Below, piece by piece: positions 9,518 to 19,557 of a stretch of 64,000 nucleotides of DNA. The number at the start of each line of letters is the position of its first letter. Within the stretch, counting starts at the first letter, position 1. The stretch lies in the sequence record MK250029.1, one strand, 5' to 3'. The position numbers and the translations under genes are program-made. The notes beneath the pieces are model-generated. The model did no database searches. It was not told the origin of the DNA and saw only the letters and a program-made list of their open reading frames with translations.

Positions 9518-12500
9518 ATATTTTTATATTTACTTAAATCTAAATTATAATAATTCGGTAATATTTCTAATATATGATTAACTATATCCTATGATATATT
9601 ATATTTTTTAAATAATTGTATATCTATATCTTCTGGTTGATTATTAAAAATAGAGTCACTAAAATCAAACATCGGTATTGTTTTTAATTCACCTCTAAAT
9701 AAATGTAAATTTGTCTTATTAAAATATAAACAAATTCTAACAAAATATGTCATTAAATAATGCTATAAGTTTATTATATTATCTTTATTGGTTGTATTTA
9801 TATCAATATAATATTGTAAATATTGTTTATTTGTTTTGTCTTTTTCATTAATTAAATCACAATATTTACCAATATTTTTATTTAAGTCTCCTTTATACAT
9901 TAAAGAATAAAATGATAGTTCTCCACCAATTAATGCTGTTAATCTTAATACAATATTATTAATATTTTGATGTTTATTTATTTTTTTAGGTATATCTATA
10001 TTTCCAGGTACACCAAATATATAATTCTATAAGTTATCTTTTAAATATAAAGGTTCAACAATAGATTTAAATTTCATTAATAATTCATCATTCGAATATG
10101 CCGATATTTCTTTACATTTATCATATTTCTTTCCATCGAATAATATATAGCGTCTATTATGATTAATAGGATTATTCTCTTTAAACAACTAAATAGCCAT
10201 TACACCACCAATATTAGCGTCAAAAAATTCATTACCATTTATAGATTCTATATCACTATAATCCCATGTATCTACATGTTTAACAATATCCTTCTTCTAT
10301 TGTTTACCTAATAACCATGTACTAGGCTATACAGTACAAATTTCACTTCCTATTTCAAAATATTTTGCTAACATCTTATTAGCCAAATTATATGGTGGGT
10401 TACTCAATATAACATCAAATTTCTTTCCCTAATTCATCTTAATTATATCTTCATTTTTCATCTCAAGAAAATCCTTAACATCGTAAAAACCATTTCCGTC
10501 AATGTCATTTATCTTCATAATTATACTTTCCGGAAGCTATAAAGTCTTTAAAATCTTTCTAATAAAATTAATAGTCAATTCACTACTTGGAACTATCTTA
10601 CATTTCTTACAAACTTCAATTCCATAATCATTATATAACTATATAAAGAATTCACATACCTTTTCATTCACCAATAAAATACTATCCGCATTCTATACAT
10701 CTTCACGACTCAACTTCTTTACCATCTTACTAGTCAAACTAACAGGCGTTATAACTTCACTCTTATCTAATTTACCTAACTTACTAATAGCATTCTATAC
10801 TCTCTATATCGCAGAAATATTCTTATCATCCAATAAACACTTCAACTGATATATCAACATATTAATCTACATTATTTCCGCATCATTCATACGGCTAATA
10901 ATATCAGATAACTCATCAACATCAATCTTAAAATCCTTAGCAATCTGTTCACACTCTGAATCACTACATACCAATTCTATATAATTCATTATATCCTCAG
11001 GAATGTTATTCATACAGATACAACTATACAAAACAGACTTTAACATAGTCGTAAACTTCTTTTTCATAGTCTCTAATTCTGCCTTATCCTTCTTATCAGC
11101 TTTACTAACATTTCCAGACTTTTCCTATGCTTTATCTACAGCAGAATCAAATCCCTTATCATCAACAGGTAATTCATCACTTCCTTCTTTCTGTTCTAAC
11201 TTTGTCTAATTCAATAATCCTTCAGACCATCTCTAAATATATTTCATATTATCTAAATTATCCAAAAAAGAATTAAACTATTTCAAATCAATAGAATCTT
11301 CAATACTTCTTTCACGATTATACTTAACATATTGTTTCAATAAATCATCTGCTGTAATCTCATGAATTCCATTCAATATATGCTTTCCATTAGTATCATA
11401 TACACTGTCTACATATGTAGGAACCTGTTCAATACTCTTATTGATAAGCTCTTTAACTTCTTCAATATTATGTTTCTTATCTTTATCTGCACCACACTGT
11501 GAAACAGCAGAATTTACCATCATATTATACATTCGATCAACCTTAAAATCAATCAAATATACATTAGCCTTCCTACAAATTTTCTGTTTCTGTTCAACAC
11601 CATTTTCATCTGTATAAGTAGCATTACCTACATTTCTTGTACATAATCTGAATATTGCCTGATCATATTCCTATGGTGAAGCTGTATCTTTCATATAAAA
11701 CATTGCATCCCATAAAGGAACACTAACACCAGTTAAAAATCTGTTTACTGTAATAGTTAAAGATCTCTTTCCTTTATTCTCTAAACTCCATAATGCCTGA
11801 TTTAATGATGTAGAATCAGTCGCTTCAGGATCTAATTTTCTTGCATCTTTATCTTTTGCAGTTCTTCTTTCTGTCGCTACAATAATCTTTCTATATTCAT
11901 CTGATTCCGGATCATCATCGATAATATTTTTATCAATTAATAACTTTTTCAAAACATGACAATCATCAATATGTGGAAGAACCATTATAATATGCTTAAA
12001 TATTTCACCTTCCTTAATTCTTTTCTAATCTAAGAAACCTGGCATTTTATGATTATTCGCACCGAATATAGATTCCATTAATTCTGTAACAGCAGATTCA
12101 TTTTCAAACTTATCATTTGAATTTTTAAATAAAAATGATAATGATGTATTAATATCCTTATTTTTACTTAATACTTTTCTACATTCCTTTGTTAAATTCA
12201 TACCGAATTTAATCATATTAGGAATACCAAAATAAGGAGATTTACTTTCATCAAAATTATCATCATTAATATGCTCATCTACCCATTTATCACGCGCATC
12301 AATCATATCAGAGAATCCAACATTAGAAATGATTTCCTTATTCTTATAAATTTCAGAAAATTCTCCGCTTGCTAATATATAATATGGTGTACCAGAACAC
12401 TGTAATGTATACTTATGCTTTATTTCATCAACAGCTTTAGATATACGATCAACATCTTCAGCTTCTTTCTTTGCTTCTTTTAATTCTGTACTATTAGCTT

Positions 12501-13818
12501 CATATTTATTTTTTGCTAAACCTACAGCAGTTCCATATACATTTGAATGTGAACCATAATGAGTTTCATCTATAATAATCATATCTAATGGATATTCATC
12601 ATTATATAAGAATTTATGTTTATCTTTAATTACATTTGCATCAAATCCTTTCTTACCGGCAAGATCCTGTAAAGTTGCAAATACAATTACAGTTTTTCCT
12701 TCATCTATATACTGTTTTATCTTATTAGGATTTTCTTTCTTTACTTCTTCATATACACCCTTTTGGTTTTTCTTTGATATAGTTAAACTTCCGTCTGATG
12801 GTAATTCAATAAATACAAAATTATCCAAGAAATCTTCATGATTAATATCATCTTTCCATGCAGCTCTTACATCCGCTTTCGCAGAGGTAACTAATACATA
12901 TTTAATATCAGGCGCTTCTTTAATAATTTCATAACAACAATGAGTCTTTCCAAATCTCATAACAGCACTTAACAATAAATCTGTACATCCTCTCTTCATT
13001 GCATCAATAGCTTTGTTAATTGCATCCTGCTATAATGGAGTATTTTCATATGTATCAGCTGCACCATATTCATGATGTGTAGTTTCCTAATGAGTTTCTA
13101 AATCATATAGTTTACCTACATTCTTACCTTCTTTAATATCATTTTTAATTTCTGTTATAATATCAGTAATAATCTTTTCATTTAATTCTGATGATGTATC
13201 CTTTATTTTCATATCTTTATATTTCATAAAGAATTCAGATGATACATGAATATTTTCAATACCATCTTCTTTTGCTAATCTCTTAAATTCATCAAAATCA
13301 AATTTATTTGCAGGATCTTTTAAATTAGAATAACCATAACTACGTGTACGCGCATGAACATTAAAATCCATAAAGAAAACTTTATGCATTGCATTATCTA
13401 ACTATGTAGCAGTCCACCATCCTATTAATTTAGCATCACTATAATACTTCTGCCATTGTTTAACACGCTATTCAGCACCCTGAACGGTATAACCGATCTT
13501 AATGGCATTAGGCGCATATTTTGTAATAAACGCATAAATAATAGGTGTATTAGTCTGTAACAATTCTTCTTTAGAAAATGTCTGTCCTTTATGAATTTTA
13601 TCCAATTCAGACTACATACCTAAATGATTCTGATAATCATTATTTAATATATCATCAGAATCATTGTCTGTATCAGATTCATCATTAGTCTAATCATTAT
13701 TCTAATTTAATTCATCCTATTTCTATCTGATACTTTCATCAAAATTATTTGACATATCTTCATTTAATGATATAATATCCATATATGTCTATATAAGTTT
13801 AACTATATAACTCTTCAT
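9502..13818 (-). CDS. single-chain restriction-modification-like enzyme: GIY-YIG/T5orf172-type nuclease + SF2 helicase + m6A methyltransferase (NPPY) + C-terminal TRD (1438 aa, code 15)
   Basis: One frame from ATG 13818 to TAA 9502 interrupted only by TAG, joining track ORFs 13087, 12025, 11671, 11278 and 10867. Motifs: PIIYAFIT...IKIGYT, Walker A-like AVMRFGKT, DETH, FLTGVSVPLWD, SEVITP, ILSNPPY. Confidence 0.85.
10144..10173 (-). repeat. right arm of 30-bp inverted repeat, inside the R-M gene
   Basis: tatatagcgtctattatgattaataggatt. Encodes NPINHNRRYI, in register with the left arm NPTNHNRRYI. Confidence 0.9.
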
Positions 13819-13820
13819 AT

Positions 13821-14288
13821 TTAAAGGAATATTTTTACAATATCACATGCTAATCCTTCTCTATCTTCAACAGGAATATAATTATAAATGATATAATTAA
13901 ACATTACACTTTTAGAATATTCTTTCTTTTTCTTACTCTTATACATCATCAAATCATAAACCTGATTTTCATTCAGATAATCATCAATAAGCCAATCCAC
14001 AACATTATCTATATCATCTTTCTTAAGAAAAGTAACAATAATATCAAAATAAGTTCCGTTCAACTCAATAGCCCTATTCGCAAATGAACTAAATCTTCCA
14101 AAATTCCTTTTCCTATAATCTTCAATAGATAAAGCTCCTTCACCTGTTAATATCCTACCTGCAACATATCTTCTAATAGCCTTACTGGAATCTTTAATAA
14201 GCTTGCACATCGTTGAACCATCATCATTGGTATCTATAAGTTTCTGAACCCTCTTAAAATCTTTATTCTCAACTTCTGTATAAACCAT
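13821..14288 (-). CDS. hypothetical protein (155 aa)
   Basis: ORF track. Stop lies 2 nt before the R-M gene start. Confidence 0.75.
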   Translation of the reverse strand: MVYTEVENKDFKRVQKLIDTNDDGSTMCKLIKDSSKAIRRYVAGRILTGEGALSIEDYRKRNFGRFSSFANRAIELNGTYFDIIVTFLKKDDIDNVVDWLIDDYLNENQVYDLMMYKSKKKKEYSKSVMFNYIIYNYIPVEDREGLACDIVKIFL

Positions 14289-14437
14289 AATTATAAAATC
14301 TTTATTAGTTAAACAAAAATTAGCATATGAAAATTCATATTATTTATTAATAGAATTTTATATGTCTAATATATCATTATTTTATATAGTATAATAATTA
14401 AAAAGTCAATATATAAATAAAGAAAAATATTTTATAT

Positions 14438-15382
14438 ATGATAAAGAAACATCCGGGATTAATAGGTTTACCAAGACCGTCATTTATGAGTAGAACACAT
14501 ATATGTGAATATCACGATAAATTATATGAAATATCAAGAATAATATATAATATAAAAGAATACACAATAGACTTTAGTTTTACATTCAAATATATAACAT
14601 CATTTATTAAAGAAATAAATATTATATTATCTCATGAAGATATTAATAAAATAAAAAATATACAAATTAATAAAAATGAACATATAATTGATACATGTAC
14701 AATTTATATAAGTAAAGAATATATGTTTAATAAAGATTATATATAGGAAACAATATTAGAAAAATTAATATATGCATTTTCTATTTTATTAAAAAATGAT
14801 ACAAATATTGATGATAATACAAAAGAAGAATATTTATATAATCTTTTATATAGAGGCGATATTGATTTTAAACAAATTAGTAAATTATTTTATTATAGAG
14901 TTGATATATTAAATATATTAGGAAATTTATTAAATTATATATGTGAAGATAGTTATAAATTTAGTGATTATTTATATGGTTCAATACGTTATATACATAA
15001 AAGATATAATGATATAGATAATATTAAAATGTTAAGAAGAAAATATACATATCATGAAATAAAGAAATTAATGGATGATGAAGTTTCAATTAGAATAAAT
15101 GCTATTAAGCGAGAATATAAACAAATATATGATTATATTAATTATATAAATGAACCAAATATTTTTTCGACTTTATATCATTGGGATGAAGAATTAGAAG
15201 ATATTTATAAAATAATATATAATGTAGAAAACACAAAAGAATTTATAAATTATATTAAAAATAGAATAGATATATTTTTAAATAAAACATTACCAGATAT
15301 TCCAATTAAAGAATATGAAAAATCTAATTTAAAGAAATTATTTGATAAATTTGAATATAAAAAGGTTGAATATTACACATAA
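14438..15382 (+). CDS. hypothetical protein (314 aa, code 15)
   Basis: Track ORFs 14438 and 15029 are one frame joined through TAG 14744. Confidence 0.7.
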
Positions 15383-15401
15383 TATTCAACCTTCATATAT
15401 A

Positions 15402-17306
15402 TTATAAATTTTCTATAATCTTATCTCTTTCTTCTTTTGTTATTATAATAACAAATTCTTTATTAGAACCAAAATGAGATCTATTTGTCAATGTTTCTTT
15501 TATATATGGAACATATTTAGTAATCAAATCATCTGTCACAAATAAATATTTCTCACAATCATAATTCTTCAAACAAATATCTATCCAACCATCACAATCC
15601 CTATTAACAGACTCAACACCAGGCCAATTCTCAATATTCCCATATGGTGAACATGTCAATAAACACTGATACTTACCTGTATTCGTACAACAATCAGCAA
15701 TATCTAAATCACATGTAACATTACATAATAAATCAGAATCAATAACAGGTTTCAAAAATTCATATATTTCCTTACTTTCCTTTACACTCGATTCACATAA
15801 ATCCCTACCTATATATGATTTACAACATGCCAATGTTCCTATCATTCTGCCACTATATCCTGAAAACGGATCAAATATTGTATCAAACTCATTAAGATAT
15901 TTCTTTATAAGATATTTTGCAAGATCAGGTTTAAAATAAGTAACAGTCTGAAACATCCTTGATGCATTCAATCCTATTCCATAAATAAAATCAGGAACAT
16001 AACATTCATCAATAAAATGCTTCCTTCCTTCTGATTTATACCAATCTGCAAACTTCAATCTGTTAACAAGAAGTTTCCTAAATAATTCCTTATCTGACTT
16101 AATTTTATTCCATCCTTCATATGGTGATATACTGTTATCAATATGTGCATATATAATAGACTTATGAAACTTCTTTATAATTTTAGAAGGTGTTCGCAAA
16201 TCTCTATCCTTTGATTTAATATATTCAAATTCTTTAATACATTCTTCCTCAGTAACAGGATGTACAGTAGAAGGTGGAAAATATATATCCTGAATCTTTT
16301 CAAACTCTCTGTCTAAATACTTATCAACAACTTCATTACAATGTGCTGTCGTGCAATTCGCGCTCTTACATAAATTATCTTCTGTCTCTTCTTCACCGTT
16401 TACAATAACCGGTTTATATTTAGGTTTACTTAATAATTCAGAAATATTAGTATATTTGTTAACCGATTTCTCTTTCTCTTTCTTCTTTTCTTCAGGTTTA
16501 TCTTCTTTTTTAACCTCTTTATGTTTAGTCTCTTTAACTTTCTTTTGTCCTTTAACTGGAAATGCTTCTTGAATACTGGTTTCTATTAAATCCTGTTTTT
16601 CAATGATTTCATTTATATTATCATCAACAGTATATTTAACTAACAAAACAGGTTTATATTTAAAACGCGGTGCTTTACTGGCACAACTTGTAGAACAATA
16701 TTTCGTATACAATTTTGTATTCTTTCCAATCCAAATAACAGGTTTTCCGCAAACAGGACATTTAGGTTTCTCATAAACACCTTTCCTTATTCGCTGAACA
16801 GTCTCAAGAATAGAAGATGAATCATCAAATCTATTATTCAAATAATCTAATATAATAGGATTATCTATAAGTTCAACATATTTGTCATATATAATATGAT
16901 TAATAACAACATAATCATTCATATATTCAGAATTATCTATAGACTTCTGCCATTCCTTAAATCTATCATCTCGATGTTCTGCAATTTTAAAACTGTCTTT
17001 ATATTGTTCTCTACATAATGAATTATACTTTGACTTACATATAGATGAATCACATGTTTCTTTATAACCGTTTCCTATTCTTCCACTCCATCTTGCTTTT
17101 TTACCACAAAACTTACATGTTACAACAGAATGCAAATCATGAATAACATAATATAACCTCTCTAATATATCTTCATGATGTGTTAAAAAATCTGTGAAAT
17201 CATAAACTTCTTTATTTACATCTTCATTATTTTTAACTATATAAATTAACTGTCTTAAACTTATTTCTTTATTATTATATTGTTTTAAATAATCATTTAA
17301 TTGCAT
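15402..17306 (-). CDS. DNA amino-methyltransferase-like protein with two N-terminal CxxC...CxxxC zinc-ribbon modules (634 aa)
   Basis: C-terminal FKPDLAK, IFDPFSGYSGRMIG (motif I), YIGRD, LLTCSPY (atypical motif IV). N-terminal TCKFCGK...TCDSSIC and KCPVCGK...YCSTSC. TAG-free. Confidence 0.75.
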   Translation of the reverse strand: MQLNDYLKQYNNKEISLRQLIYIVKNNEDVNKEVYDFTDFLTHHEDILERLYYVIHDLHSVVTCKFCGKKARWSGRIGNGYKETCDSSICKSKYNSLCREQYKDSFKIAEHRDDRFKEWQKSIDNSEYMNDYVVINHIIYDKYVELIDNPIILDYLNNRFDDSSSILETVQRIRKGVYEKPKCPVCGKPVIWIGKNTKLYTKYCSTSCASKAPRFKYKPVLLVKYTVDDNINEIIEKQDLIETSIQEAFPVKGQKKVKETKHKEVKKEDKPEEKKKEKEKSVNKYTNISELLSKPKYKPVIVNGEEETEDNLCKSANCTTAHCNEVVDKYLDREFEKIQDIYFPPSTVHPVTEEECIKEFEYIKSKDRDLRTPSKIIKKFHKSIIYAHIDNSISPYEGWNKIKSDKELFRKLLVNRLKFADWYKSEGRKHFIDECYVPDFIYGIGLNASRMFQTVTYFKPDLAKYLIKKYLNEFDTIFDPFSGYSGRMIGTLACCKSYIGRDLCESSVKESKEIYEFLKPVIDSDLLCNVTCDLDIADCCTNTGKYQCLLTCSPYGNIENWPGVESVNRDCDGWIDICLKNYDCEKYLFVTDDLITKYVPYIKETLTNRSHFGSNKEFVIIITKEERDKIIENL

Positions 17307-17473
17307 AATAATACTTTATTATTTCTAATAATATTTATATGTTAAAAAAACTCGTTTGTTTTATAATATTAATGGATTTGTTTTCAAAGACTTTCATATT
17401 AAACATATATATAATAAATAAGATGTAATCTTTATAATTTAGATATATATTATAAATTAAATAATTTAGACAA

Positions 17474-18079
17474 ATGAAATATGTAAGTGCAAAAGAAGCA
17501 AAGAAATATTTTTAGATTTCAGGTTAGACATTGAAGGTATGGAAAGATACTAATAAAATTTTAACTAAACAATTTTCATAGAAAAAAATTTTATATGATA
17601 TTGATTCAGTAAATAATGATAATAATATTACAAATACCAGGAAGAATGTAATATATGCAAGAGTTTCATGTAGTAATTAGAAATAGTCATTAGATAATTA
17701 GATTGAATTAATTAAATCATATATGATTTCTAATGGTATTAAAGTAGATGATATATATTCAGAAATATCATCAGGTTTAAATGAAGATAGAAAAGAATTA
17801 GCTAGATTAATTCATGATATTGATAATGAACAAATTAATAAAGTATATATATCATTTAAAGATAGATTAACACGATTTGGATTTAATTATTTTAAAACCA
17901 TGTTTGAAAATCATGGTACAGAAATTATTGTATTAGATGATAATGAAGATACAAATAAAGACTATAAAACAGAATTAGTTGAAGATTTAATTTCTATTAT
18001 ACACAATTATTATACTAAATTATATTCTAATAGAAGAAAAGAATTAAAAGAAATAGAAAAAATTTTAAAAAATGAGTAA
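17474..18079 (+). CDS. tnpA: IS607-family transposase TnpA (HTH + serine recombinase; 201 aa, code 15)
   Basis: ATG 17474 MKYVSAKEAKKYF, catalytic region VIYARVS, SEISSGLNEDRK, KDRLTRFGF. Six TAG in the first 83 codons. Confidence 0.9.
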
Positions 18080-18096
18080 TTTTTTAAAATAATTTA

Positions 18097-18104
18097 GATA
18101 AATA
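18097..18104 (+). promoter_or_regulatory. T4-late-promoter-like GATAAATA upstream of tnpB copy 1
   Basis: Same octamer at similar spacing upstream of many genes here (see findings). AT-richness lowers specificity. Confidence 0.4.
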
Positions 18105-18130
18105 TTATAAAGATTACAAAAGTTACAAAA

Positions 18131-19480
18131 ATGCAAGTATTGAAGATTAAATATCAAACAGATAAAGAATCATTAGATATTATACGGAATTATATGAGAC
18201 AATATAGTTCTGTATAGCATTTTGTATATAATAGGATATAGGAAGGTAAATTATAGAAAGATATAAAACAATAGATTAAGTTATTAAATAATGTAGATTT
18301 ATTAGATAGTTGGTTTGTTTAGTGTAGTTTTTATAATATACCTAAAGTTGATAAAGTAATATTTGGTGGAAAGAAGAATTATTTTTAGAGATTAAAAAAT
18401 AATATATCTAAAGAACAGTTTAAATAGAAACGTTTATCCCCTATATATTCAATAGGTGAAGTTATAAACAAATCTGTTAAAGGAAATAGAAAATTTCATA
18501 TAGAACAAGACTTAGAAAATATTATCTTTAAACCTAATAAATTAACTAAAATAAATTTACAACTTATTGGTTTAAATAAACGAAAGTAGATGTTATCTAA
18601 ATTATATTAGAAACAAGAAAGAAAAGAAATAAAAATAGCTTATAAATTAGATTTAGAATATATCTATATAATATTTGAAGAAACTGATATTTATAATTAT
18701 GAAACAAAATTTATAAAAAATAGAGTTCTTGCATTAGATTTAAATCCAAATTATATTGGATGGTCTATAGTTGATTGGAAATCTGAGAGTGAATTTGATG
18801 TTATTAAATCAGGTGTTTATTCAATTAAAAAATTGAATGACATAGATTTTGGTTTAAAAAATAAAGGATATAGTTCAGAATCTAATGAAAGAAAATATAT
18901 TTCTGTTAAAAGAAATTATGAGACTTTACAAATTGTAAAGAATATAGTGAATAAATCTATATATTACAAATGTCAGATTATATCTATTGAAGATTTAAAT
19001 ATTAAATCAAGTGATAAAGAATTAGGTAAACGATTTAATAAGTTAGTAAATAATTCATGGTGTAGAAATGCATTTGTGAATAATTTAACTAAAAGATGTA
19101 ATATTCATAATATTAAATTATTGAAAGTGAAACCTGAATATTCTAGTTTTATAGGAAATTTCTTATATAGAAGTTTAAATTTACCGGATATGATATTAGC
19201 TTCAATAGAAATAGGAAGACGCGGATATGAGTTTTATAATCAATATATAAGTAAAGTAAAAGAAATTAAAAAGAATATAGTAAGACCGAATTTAAGTATA
19301 TTTCAAAAGTTGTATCTTAAGTCGTTGGAAGAATTTAATTTACAGCCGATATACAAGGATTTGATTGAATTATATTACTTCTTCAAAAAGTCGAAACTTA
19401 AATATCGACTTTCTATAGATTCATTCAATCTATAGTTTTCTAGCTTTTATTCGAATACAAGTTTAATTGTATTTATATAA
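18131..19480 (+). CDS. tnpB: TnpB-like RuvC nuclease, copy 1 (449 aa, code 15)
   Basis: ATG 18131 MQVLKIKY to TAA 19478-19480 through 10 TAG. RuvC-I LALDLNP, RuvC-II ISIEDL, VKPEYSSFIG, LPDMILAS. No C-terminal zinc finger. Confidence 0.85.
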
Positions 19481-19557
19481 ATTATAATGTTTATAATTTA
19501 TTATAATAAAAGTATTTAAGGCAATTTAATAATTTATTACGATACCATGAAGATTTA

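Larger units (their letters stand above)
17474..19480 (+). mobile_element. IS607-like element (tnpA + tnpB); ends not defined
   Basis: Serine-recombinase TnpA directly followed by RuvC-type TnpB. Element ends could not be fixed from the sequence. Confidence 0.7.

Noticed and set aside
17474-18079. IS607 TnpA as the invertase for the 8831-10173 segment
   Set aside because: It is the only site-specific recombinase in the window, but it is 7 kb away and paired with tnpB, and nothing in the sequence links it to the repeats. Host or other phage recombinases are equally possible
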